Below are positions 12,187-23,800 of a stretch of 64,000 nucleotides of DNA, one piece after another. The DNA comes from Eledone cirrhosa. Lineage: Eukaryota. The first letter of the stretch is position 1, and every line of letters begins with the position of its first letter. The stretch is from assembly GCA_964016885.1 (NCBI GenBank), contig OZ024743.1:2852001-2916000 (forward strand). Reading direction: 5' to 3'. A program made the position numbers and the translations under genes. The notes beneath the pieces were generated by a model. The model did no database searches, was not told the DNA's origin, and saw only the letters and a program-made list of their open reading frames with translations.

Positions 12187-12464
12187 AACAACATAAGGCA
12201 ATTATTTCATTTACCAGTGGTTTCTTAAAAGCAAAAACATTTTGCTTTCAATCATCAGAATGAAAAAATCCTGGCGTATTTATTGACATTGGTTTTTAAA
12301 ATCCAATGTCAATAAATACGCCAGGATTTTTTCATTCTGATGATTGAAAGCAAATTTTTTTTGCTTTTAAGAAACCACTGGTAAATGAAATAATTGCCTT
12401 ATGTTGTTTATTACATAACTATAGAGCACTCTTTTTTCCTGGACTTTTCCGACGGAATTACTTC

Positions 12465-12467
<3 letters not shown>
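12182..12467 (+). mobile_element. Spacerless 232-bp palindrome plus 54-bp one-sided tail between (TA)n tracts; putative Penelope-like relic
   Basis: Arms 12182-12297 and 12298-12413 are complementary with about 3 mismatched pairs; CTGATGA-TT-GAAA at 12337-12349. Palindrome is certain, element class is inferred. Confidence 0.6.
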
Positions 12468-12518
<51 letters not shown>

Positions 12519-12564
12519 TATAGAGATAACAGAGATTGTGTAAATGTATATATAAATTTACATA

Positions 12565-12815
12565 AAGGCAAACGATCTCCTTCCATCACAAATGACGATA
12601 GGATTTGCACCTAGAAAGTTCCCCTCTGAAATACAAGTCTAGGCAAGGTTTGTGGAAGACCAGCGGTCACCCATGCATACCAATCTCCCCTCTCCATGCC
12701 ACCATTATTGTCCCAGGGAAAGACAATGGCTGATACACCTTGGCACCAGTGATGTAGCAACTCATTTCTACAGCCAAGTAAACTGAAGCAACATGAAACA
12801 ATTGTCTTTCTTAAG
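12565..12815 (-). mobile_element. Truncated CORE SINE with a third tail type
   Basis: Right end aactcatttctacagccaagtaaactgaagcaacatgaaac matches the CORE segment of 2181-2525; remainder differs. Confidence 0.65.
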
Positions 12816-12949
12816 TGGAACCTCAGTTCATGAATGCCCCTCATGGTAAATGACATCACAATCTGTCTTTTTCTTTTTTCTAACACAGGGTATCTAGGAC
12901 TATATTATCCAATGTGTCCTTTCTTTTAAAAGATGGTAGTGTGATTTAA

Positions 12950-13165
12950 CACTTTAGTATTTAAACAGGCCGTATCCAGCCAGAATTTTTTCACCTCTTT
13001 CTGTTCAAACCGGCTGTAACCAGCCACTCATACTAATGTTAAGGTATTTTTCTCAAAATAAATAATATCAAAATCTCATAGATTCAATATGTGAGATAAT
13101 TATGTGAGCTAGCCTTTAGCGTGAAAATACAATAGTAAATATAGAGTAATGTAAATGCTAAAGGG
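12950..13165. mobile_element. piggyBac-like MITE, inverted copy of 8977-9182
   Basis: TTAA|CACTTTAGTATTT...AAATGCTAAAGGG|TTAA. Confidence 0.82.
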
Positions 13166-13240
13166 TTAAGGTGAATTTCTTATTTCTAGTAAGTTAAACA
13201 ACCATAACAACTGCATTGTGCATGTTTGTGAAAAGCTTGC

Positions 13241-13273
<33 letters not shown>

Positions 13274-13492
13274 TGTTGTATTTGAGACATTGGAAGATGA
13301 GATAAAGTAAATATATATGTATGTGTTGTGTTGTGTGTGTTTGGGATGTTGTGGTTGTAGATGTTGTTTAGCCCCAGGTCACCTCTAGTTCAGTAGACCT
13401 ATGAATAAAGGCACTCAATCCATGACCACCCTATCTTTATTCAAAGCGACCATAATACTTTGAAACCAGTAGGCTATAATTTCAGGTACATT

Positions 13493-13808
13493 TCATCATC
13501 ATCATCATCACCGTTTTACGTCCGTTCTTCCACGCTAGCATGGGTTAGACGGGTTGTCCTGTTGTGGGCAGTGTCTGGTCGGCTGACCATGCCTTGCTCA
13601 TACAGGAACTGATCTGGCTTGATTTCTACAGCTGGATGCCCTTCCTAACACCAACCTCATTTACAGTGAGTGCTGGGTGCTTTTTTGTGGCGCCTACACG
13701 TCCACTTTACAGTGTGGGCTGGGTGCTTTTTTGCCGTGGCACCTCCACAACCACCTTGCGGTGAGGGGGGGGGGGGCATATTGTTTATATGCTTCAGCAT
13801 GTACCCAA
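13493..13808 (-). mobile_element. 5'-truncated RTE LINE 3' UTR
   Basis: Reverse complement closely matches 56060-56370, including tgggtaca.gctgaagcatata.acaatatgccccc and two modules. Confidence 0.85.
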
Positions 13809-13902
13809 TAGTATGTGTATGTATGCAAAGGCTTGTGTGAATTGTGAATGTATGTATTTGGATGCGCATGTTTGTGTGAATGCATGTATATGTATACTTA
13901 TG

Positions 13903-13957
<55 letters not shown>

Positions 13958-14236
13958 AAATTATGCATGCAAACTAATCAAGGAGAGATAAGAATTTGGT
14001 ATTTGGTATTTTTTTAAACATTTAATTTCTCTATCTCTCTATATGTATATATAAAATGGTGTGTACCCTACAATACTGCTAGACATCACTCACTTCCCCA
14101 AAGGCTACCTCTCCTCCCTCCATGGCATAGCAACATGCAGCCGATTCCTCTTCTTCGCATCACTGTCTTCCCAGCCAAGGATACACGTGCCTGAGTGTTG
14201 AAATGTGGAAGTTCTGTTCCACAATAAAATGCTCTA

Positions 14237-15834
14237 CTGTAAAGTATAGTGCTTGTACCATGATAAAATATACCCAGACCATGCTGTAAAGTATAGTGCT
14301 TGTACCATGATAAAATATACCCAGACCATGCTGTAAAGTATAGTGCTTGTACCATGATAAAATATACCCAGACCATGCTGTAAAGTATAGTGCTTGTACC
14401 ATGATAAAATATACCCAGACCATGCTGTAAAGTATAGTGCTTGTACCATGATAAAATATACCCAGACCATGCTGTAAAGTATAGTGCTTGTACCATGATA
14501 AAATATACCCAGACCATGCTGTAAAGTATAGTGCTTGTACCATGATAAAATATACCCAGACCATGCTGTAAAGTATAGTGCTTGTACCATGATAAAATAT
14601 ACCCAGACCATGCTGTAAAGTATAGTGTTTGTACCATGATAAAATATACCCAGACCATGCTGTAAAGTATAGTGTTTGTACCATGATAAAATATACCCAG
14701 ACCATGCTGTAAAGCATAGTGCTTGTACCATGATAAAATATACCCAGACCATGCTGTAAAGTATAGTGCTTGTACCATGATAAAATATACCCAGACCATG
14801 CTGTAAAGTATAGTGCTTGTACCATGATAAAATATACCCAGACCATGCTGTAAACTATAGTGCTTGTACCATGATAAAATATACCCAGACCATGCTGTAA
14901 AGTATAGTGCTTGTACCATGATAAAATATACCCAGACCATGCTGTAAAGTATAGTGTTTGTACCATGATAAAATATACCCAGACCATGCTGTAAAGTATA
15001 GTGCTTGTACCATGATAAAATATACCCAGACCATCCTGTAAAATATAGTGCTTGTACCATGATAAAATATACCCAGACCATGCTGTAAAGTATAGTGCTT
15101 GTACCATGATAAAATATACCCAGACCATGCTGTAAAGTATAGTGCTTGTACCATGATAAAATATACCCAGACCATGCTGTAAAGTATAGTGCTTGTACCA
15201 TGATAAAATATATCCAGACCATGCTGTAAAGTATAGTGCTTGTACCATGATAAAATATACCCAGACCATGCTGTAAAGTATAGTGCTTGTACCATGATAA
15301 AATATACCCAGACCATGCTGTAAAGTATAGTGTTTGTACCATGATAAAATATACCCAGACCATGCTGTAAAGTATAGTGCTTGTACCATGATAAAATATA
15401 CCCAGACCATGCTGTAAAGTATAGTGCTTGTACCATGATAAAATATACCCAGACCATGCTGTAAAGTATAGTGCTTGTACCATGATAAAATATACCCAGA
15501 CCATGCTGTAAAGTATAGTGTTTGTACCATGATAAAATATACCCAGACCATGCTGTAAAGTATAGTGTTTGTACCATGATAAAATATACCCAGACCATGT
15601 TGTAAAGTATAGTGCTTGTACCATGATAAAATATACTCAGACCATGCTGTAAAGTATAGTGTTTGTACCATGATAAAATATACCCAGACCATGCTGTAAA
15701 GTATAGTGTTTGTACCATGATAAAATATACCCAGACCATGCTGTAAAGTATAGTGCTTGTACCATGATAAAATATACCCAGACCATGCTGTAAAGTATAG
15801 TGCTTGTACCATGATAAAATATACCCAGACCATG
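14237..15834 (+). repeat. 47-bp tandem array, 34 near-identical units
   Basis: ctgtaaagtatagtgcttgtaccatgataaaatatacccagaccatg; 1598 bp / 47 = 34. Confidence 0.97.
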
Positions 15835-16230
15835 CTGTAAAGTGGTTGTATTGGTACCATGATAAAATCCACCCAGACCACACTGTAAATTGGTGGTGCT
15901 GATGCCATGATAAAATGTACCCAGTACACTCTGTAAAGTGGTAGTCTTAGTGCCACGAGAGAATGCATGCAGCATGCACTGTAAAGTGATATTGCTGGTG
16001 TCAATACACTCAACCCACTCTGTAAAGTGGTTGTATTGGTGCCACAATAAAACACATCTGTCACATACTCTGAAGTGGTTGGCATTAGGAAGGACATCCA
16101 GTCACAGAAACTATGCCAAAATGGGATGCATGAGCAAGACAGTCATTTAACCTGTCTTACCTTAGAATGTGACAACTATTTCAACCTATGCAACCATAGA
16201 AAATAAGTGTAAAATGGTGATGATGATGAT
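15835..16230 (+). mobile_element. Five diverged modules followed by RTE-type 3' tail
   Basis: ctgtaaa-starting units at ~15835, 15883, 15931, 15978, 16020, then gtggttggcattaggaaggacatccag...gtaaaatggtgatgatgatgat. Confidence 0.85.
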
Positions 16231-16496
16231 ATATATATATCTTTGTCACTTTGTCACTACATTTCAACCAATGACAAGTTGGCACTATTGAAAATATATA
16301 CATTCAGTATATCATATTGAATATTTTTATGAAAATGTCTGGTCTTAGTTCTCGTGGGAACTTAGTTTGCTTTCTTCTCAATAGATCATGTTTTGTGGCT
16401 GAGTGGTTAAAAAGTAGACCTGAAAAATCACTCAAGTAGTCATGGGATCAAAATTTCTTACAACCATCTAGTTTTTAGGCATAGAATATAGACCAG

Positions 16497-16745
16497 AAGG
16501 CAGTGAATTGCAGAGTTGTTAGAATGCCAGAAAGAATACTTTGTGGTGTTTGTTCCAGCTTTGAGTTCAAATCCCACTAAAGTCAACTTTGCCTTTCATC
16601 CTTTTGAAGTTGATAAAAAAAAGTACCAGTCCACTAGTGAAGTCAATTCTTCCTTTATATTTCTTTCTCTTTTTCTCTGAAAGAAATCGGCTGTTTAGAT
16701 CTGGAGAGGGGATAGGCTCAGCCAAGTTTAAAGTGTCCATATACC
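16497..16745 (+). mobile_element. Second-family SINE variant with extended 3' region
   Basis: Matches 6270-6520. Confidence 0.7.
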
Positions 16746-17384
16746 ACAGCATATATACCTGCATATATACATACATAAGTACACATACATACACACGCCT
16801 ATACACTTGTATATACATACACACACATTCATGTATACACATATGCACACATACATACACACACATATACATACACACACATATATAAACCAGACTATGC
16901 CAGTTATTCTATCAGTTGCACTATCTACTCATTAAATTAATATGTATATGGCTAAGTATTCTACAGACGTGTACCAATTACACAGACCTCTGGCAGAATC
17001 GGTGTGATACAGTGTGTGATATGGATGACTCTTTGAATTACAGGTATACTCCACGTGTTGACCTTTCACCCAGTTTGTTTTTCAAATTCCTCTTGTAATG
17101 TATTGACCAATGCTAGTGAAGGTAACACACAATAGGATCAAATTTGATACTCCTGCAGGTGTGAAGTGGACTTCCTATCTATATAGCTACATTGTATACA
17201 TACATATATAACTACAATACAACTGTCACTCACAATCAAGTTTGACTTGGTAGTGTTTACCATGCTGTCCCTAAAGATTTTAGGTTCCCGGACAGTCATG
17301 AGCAATCACAGACACTCTCTCGACCTTCCCTCTTTTTATCAAGTGCAACATCCAGGAGAGAGAGAGAGAGAGAGCGAGAAGGTG

Positions 17385-17736
17385 GACTACACCAGCACTG
17401 GGTTAGTACTTTCTTTATTGACCCTGAAAGGACGAAAGGCAAAGTGGACTTTGGCAGGATTTAAACTCAGAACACAGAGACTTAGAACAAATATACAACA
17501 CTTTAATGACTCTGTTACGTTGACTGTATATACTCATCATCATCATTATTTAATTGGCAGTATCGGTAGAGGGTCGGACGCCATGCTTTGCAGCAAAGAG
17601 TTACGGCCCTTTATGGTCTGAGTTCAAATCCCGCCAAGGTTAACTTTGCCTTTCATCCTTACGGGGTCCATAAAATAAAGTACCAGTAATGCACTTGGTA
17701 ATTGCTGGCCTTGTGCCAAAAGTAGAAACAATTATT
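17385..17736. mobile_element. Two second-family SINEs in divergent orientation (17385-17525 minus, 17552-17736 plus)
   Basis: gtactttctttattgaccctgaaggacgaaaggcaaagt (minus) and ctgagttcaaatcccgccaaggttaactttgcctttcatccttacgggg (plus). Confidence 0.75.
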
Positions 17737-17860
17737 TAACATCTATTATTCCTGCAAGCAAGGGTTGGATGGTTCTTCACAGGTTGAATCAGCACTCAAG
17801 AGGAGTTAGTGACCTCTTGTATGGCTCGGGGAGTGGAGGACGGAAAGCACACAGTCCACC

Positions 17861-20800
17861 ATGTAAAGTGGTTGTGCTGGAGACAACAGTTAGCACCCAG
17901 TTGTCCCTGTAAAGTGGTTGTGCTGCAGACAACAGTTAGCACCCAGTTGTCCCTGTAAAGTGGTTGTGCTGCAGACAACAGTTAGCACCCAGTTGTCCCT
18001 GTAAAGTGGTTGTGCTGCAGACAACAGTTAGCACCCAGTTGTCCCTGTAAAGTGGTTGTGCTGGAGACAACAGTTAGCACCCAGTTGTCCCTGTAAAGTG
18101 GTTGTGCTGGAGACAACAGTTAGCACCCAGTTGTCCCTGTAAAGTGGTTGTGCTGGAGACAACAGTTAGCACCCAGTTGTCCCTGTAAAGTGGTTGTGCT
18201 GCAGACAACAGTTAGCACCCAGTTGTCCCTGTAAAGTGGTTGTGCTGCAGACAACAGTTAGCACCCAGTTGTCCCTGTAAAGTGGTTGTGCTGAAGACAA
18301 CAGTTAGCACCCAGTTGTCCCTGTAAGGTGGTTGTGCTGGAGACAACAGTTAGCACCCAGTTGTCTCTGTAAGGTGGTTGTGCTGGAGACAACAGTTAGC
18401 ACCCAGTTGTCCCTGTAAAGTGGTTGTGCTGAAGACAACAGTTAGCACCCAGTTGTCCCTGTAAGGTGGTTGTGCTGGAGACAACAGTTAGCACCCAGTT
18501 GTCTCTGTAAGGTGGTTGTGCTGGAGACAACAGTAAGCACCCAGTTGTCCCTGTAAGGTGGTTGTGCTGGAGACAACAGTTAGCACTCAGTTGTCCCTGT
18601 AAAGTGGTTGTGCTGGAGACAACAGTTAGCACCCAGTTGTCCCTGTAAAGTGGTTGTGCTGGAGACAACAGTTAGCACCCAGTTGTCCCTGTAAAGTGGT
18701 TGTGCTGAAGACAACAGTTAGCACCCAGTTGTCCCTGTAAAGTGGTTGTGCTGCAGACAACAGTTAGCACCCAGTTGTCCCTGTAAAGTGGTTGTGCTGA
18801 AGACAACAGTTAGCACCCAGTTGTCCCTGTAAGGTGGTTGTGCTGGAGACAACAGTTAGCACCCAGTTGTCCCTGTAAGGTGGTTGTCTGCAGACAACAG
18901 TTAGCACCCAGTTGTCCCTGTAAGGTGGTTGTGCTGAAGACAACAGTTAGCACCCAGTTGTCCCTGTAAGGTGGTTGTGCTGGAGACAACAGTTAGCACC
19001 CAGTTGTCCCTGTAAGGTGGTTGTCTGCAGACAACAGTTAGCGCCCAGTTGTCCCTGTAAAGTGGTTGTGCTGAAGACAACAGTTAGCTCCCAGTTGTCC
19101 CTGTAAAGTGGTTGTGCTGAAGACAACAGTTAGCACCCAGTTGTCCCTGTAAGGTGGTTGTGCTGGAGACAACAGTTAGCACCCAGTTGTCCCTGTAAAG
19201 TGGTTGTGCTGAAGACAACAGTTAGCACCCAGTTGTCCCTGTAAAGTGGTTGTGCTGCAGACAACAGTTAGCACCCAGTTGTCCCTGTAAAGTGGTTGTG
19301 CTGGAGACAACAGTTAGCACCCAGTTGTCCCTGTAAAGTGGTTGTGCTGCAGACAACAGTTAGCACCCAGTTGTCCCTGTAAAGTGGTTGTGCTGGAGAC
19401 AACAGTTAGCACCCAGTTCTCCCTGTAAGGTGGTTGTCTGCAGACAACAGTTAGCACCCAGTTGTCCCTGTAAAGTGGTTGTGCTGAAGACAACAGTTAG
19501 CACCCAGTTGTCCCTGTAAAGTGGTTGTGCTGGAGACAACAGTTAGCACCCAGTTGTCCCTGTAAAGTGGTTATGCTGGAGACAACAGTTAGCGCCCAGT
19601 TGTCCCTGTAAGGTGGTTGTGCTGAAGACAACAGTTAGCACCCAGTTGTCCCTGTAAAGTGGTTGTGCTCGAGACGACAGTTTACACCCAGTTGTCCCTG
19701 TAAAGTGGTTGTGCTGGAGACAACAGTTAGCGCCCAGTTGTCCCTGTAAAGTGGTTGTGCTGCAGACAACAGTTAGCACCCAGTTGTCCCTGTAAAGTGG
19801 TTGTGCTGCAGACAACAGTTAGAATCCAGTTGTCCCTGTAAGGTGGTTGTGCTGGAGACAACAGTTAGCACCCAGTTGTCCCTGTAAAGTGGTTGTGCTG
19901 GAGACAACAGTTAACACCCAGTTGTCCCTGTAAAGTGGTTGTGCTGGAGACAACAGTTAGCGCCCAGTTGTCCCTGTAAGGTGGTTGTCTGCAGACAACA
20001 GTTAGCACCCAGTTGTCCCTGTAAAGTGGTTGTGCTGCAGACAACAGTTAGAACCCAGTTGTCCCTGTAAAGTGGTTGTGCTGGAGACAACAGTTAGCAC
20101 CCAGTTGTCCCTGTAAAGTGGTTGTGCTGGAGACAACAGTTAGCACCCAGTTGTCCCTGTAAAGTGGTTGTGCTGGAGACAACAGTTAGCACCCAGTTGT
20201 CCCTGTAAAGTGGTTGTGCTGGAGACAACAGTTAGCACCCAGTTGTCCCTGTAAGGTGGTTGTGCTGGAGACAACAGTTAGCACCCAGTTGTCCCTGTAA
20301 AGTGGTTGTGCTGAAGACAACAGTTAGCACCCAGTTGTCCCTGTAAAGTGGTTGTGCTGGAGACAACAGTTAGCACCCAGTTGTCCCTGTAAAGTGGTTG
20401 TGCTGCAGACAACAGTTAGCACCCAGTTGTCCCTGTAAAGTGGTTGTGCTGGAGACAACAGTTAACACGCAGTTGTCCCTGTAAGGTGATTGTCTGCAGA
20501 CAACAGTTAGCACCCAGTTGTCCCTGTAAAGTGGTTGTACTGGAGACAACAGTTAGCACCCAGTTGTCCCTGTAAAGTGGTTGTGCTGGAGACAACAGTT
20601 AGCACCCAGTTGTCCCTGTAAAGTGGTTGTGCTGGAGACAACAGTCAGCACCCAGTTGTCCCTGTAAGGTGGTTGTGCTGGAGACAACAGTTAGCACCCA
20701 GTTGTCCCTGTAAGGTGGTTGTGCTGGAGACAACAGTCAGCACCCAGTTGTCCCTGTAAGGTGGTTGTGCTGGAGACAACAGTTAGCACCCAGTTGTCCC

Positions 20801-23800
20801 TGTAAGGTGGTTGTGCTGGAGACAACAGTTAGCACCCAGTTGTCCCTGTAAGGTGGTTGTGCTGGAGACAACAGTTAGCACCCAGTTGTCCCTGTAAGGT
20901 GGTTGTGCTGGAGACAACAGTTAGCACCCAGTTGTCCCTGTAAGGTGGTTGTGCTGGAGACAACAGTTAGCACCCAGTTGTCCCTGTAAAGTGGTTGTGC
21001 TGGAGACAACAGTTAGCACCCAGTTGTCCCTGTAAAGTGGTTGTGCTGGAGACAACAGTCAGCACCCAGTTGTCCCTGTAAGGTGGTTGTGCTGGAGACA
21101 ACAGTTAGCACCCACTTGTCCCTGTAAGGTGGTTGTGCTGGAGACAACAGTTAGCACCCAGTTGTCCCTGTAAGGTGGTTGTGCTGGAGACAACAGTTAG
21201 CACCCAGTTGTCCCTGTAAGGTGGTTGTGCTGGAGACAACAGTTAGCACCCAGTTGTCCCTGTAAGGTGGTTGTCTGCAGACAACAGTTAGCACCGAGTT
21301 GTCCCTGTAAGGTGGTTGTGCTGGAGACAACAGTTAGCACCCAGTTGTCCCTGTGAGGTGGTTGTGCTGAAGACAACAGTTAGCACCCAGTTGTCCCTGT
21401 AAGGTGGTTGTCTGCAGACAACAGTTAGCACCCAGTTGTCCCTGTAAGGTGGTTGTGCTGGAGACAACAGTCAGCACCCAGTTGTCCCTGTAAGGTAGTT
21501 GTGCTGGAGACAACAGTTAGCACCCAGTTGTCCCTGTAAAGTGGTTGTGCTGCAGACAACAGTTAGCACCCAGTTGTCCCTGTAAAGTGGTTGTGCTGGA
21601 GACAACAGTTAGCACCCAGTTGTCCCTGTAAAGTGGTTGTGCTTGAGACAACAGTTAGCACCCAGTTGTCCCTGTAAGGTGGTTGTTTGCAGACAACAGT
21701 TAGCACGCAGTTGTCCATGTAAAGTGGTTGTGCTGGAGACAACAGTTAGCACCCAGTTGTCCCTGTAAAGTGGTTGTCTGCAGACAACAGTTAGCACCCA
21801 GTTGTCCCTGTAAGCTGGTTGTGCTGAAGACAACAGTCAGCACCCAGTTGTCCCTGTAAGGTGGTTGTGCTGGAGACAACAGTTAGCACCCAGTTGTCCC
21901 TGTAAGGTGGTTGTGCTGGAGACAACAGTTAGCACCCAGTTGTCCCTGTAAGGTGGTTGTGCTGCAGACAACAGTCAGCACCCAGTTGTCCCTGTAAGGT
22001 GGTTGTGCTGGAGACAACAGTTAGCACCCAGTTGTCCCTGTAAGGTGGTTGTGCTGGAGACAACAGTTAGCACCCAGTTCACCCTGTAAGGTGGTTGTGC
22101 TGGAGACAACAGTCAGCACCCAGTTGTCCCTGTAAGGTGCTTGTGCTGGAGACAACAGTTAGCACCCAGTTGTCCCTGTAAAGTGGTTGTCTGCAGACAA
22201 CAGTTAGCACCCAGTTGTCCCTGTAAGGTGGTTGTGCTGGAGACAACAGTCAGCACCCAGTTGTCCCTGTAAGGTGGTTGTCTGCAGACAACAGTTAGCA
22301 CCCAGTTGTCCCTGTAAGGTGGTTGTGCTGAAGACAACAGTTAGCACCCAGTTCACCCTGTAAGGTGGTTGTCTGCAGACAACAGTTAGCACCCAGTTGT
22401 CCCTGTAAAGTGGTTGTGCTGAAGACAACAGTTAGCACCCAGTTCACCCTGTAAGGTGGTTGTCTGCAGACAACAGTTAGCACCCAGTTGTCCCTGTAAA
22501 GTGGTTGTGCTGGAGACAACAGTTAGCACCCAGTTGTCCCTGTAAAGTGGTTGTGCTGCAGACAACAGTTAGCACCCAGTTGTCCCTGTAAAGTGGTTGT
22601 GCTGGAGACAACAGTTAACACGCAGTTGTCCCTGTAAGGTGATTGTCTGCAGACAACAGTTAGCACCCAGTTGTCCCTGTAAAGTGGTTGTACTGGAGAC
22701 AACAGTTAGCACCCAGTTGTCCCTGTAAAGTGGTTGTGCTGGAGACAACAGTTAGCACCCAGTTGTCCCTGTAAAGTGGTTGTGCTGGAGACAACAGTCA
22801 GCACCCAGTTGTCCCTGTAAGGTGGTTGTGCTGGAGACAACAGTTAGCACCCAGTTGTCCCTGTAAGGTGGTTGTGCTGGAGACAACAGTCAGCACCCAG
22901 TTGTCCCTGTAAGGTGGTTGTGCTGGAGACAACAGTTAGCACCCAGTTGTCCCTGTAAGGTGGTTGTGCTGGAGACAACAGTTAGCACCCAGTTGTCCCT
23001 GTAAGGTGGTTGTGCTGGAGACAACAGTTAGCACCCAGTTGTCCCTGTAAGGTGGTTGTGCTGGAGACAACAGTTAGCACCCAGTTGTCCCTGTAAGGTG
23101 GTTGTGCTGGAGACAACAGTTAGCACCCAGTTGTCCCTGTAAAGTGGTTGTGCTGGAGACAACAGTTAGCACCCAGTTGTCCCTGTAAAGTGGTTGTGCT
23201 GGAGACAACAGTCAGCACCCAGTTGTCCCTGTAAGGTGGTTGTGCTGGAGACAACAGTTAGCACCCACTTGTCCCTGTAAGGTGGTTGTGCTGGAGACAA
23301 CAGTTAGCACCCAGTTGTCCCTGTAAGGTGGTTGTGCTGGAGACAACAGTTAGCACCCAGTTGTCCCTGTAAGGTGGTTGTGCTGGAGACAACAGTTAGC
23401 ACCCAGTTGTCCCTGTAAGGTGGTTGTCTGCAGACAACAGTTAGCACCGAGTTGTCCCTGTAAGGTGGTTGTGCTGGAGACAACAGTTAGCACCCAGTTG
23501 TCCCTGTGAGGTGGTTGTGCTGAAGACAACAGTTAGCACCCAGTTGTCCCTGTAAGGTGGTTGTCTGCAGACAACAGTTAGCACCCAGTTGTCCCTGTAA
23601 GGTGGTTGTGCTGGAGACAACAGTCAGCACCCAGTTGTCCCTGTAAGGTAGTTGTGCTGGAGACAACAGTTAGCACCCAGTTGTCCCTGTAAAGTGGTTG
23701 TGCTGCAGACAACAGTTAGCACCCAGTTGTCCCTGTAAAGTGGTTGTGCTGGAGACAACAGTTAGCACCCAGTTGTCCCTGTAAAGTGGTTGTGCTTGAG

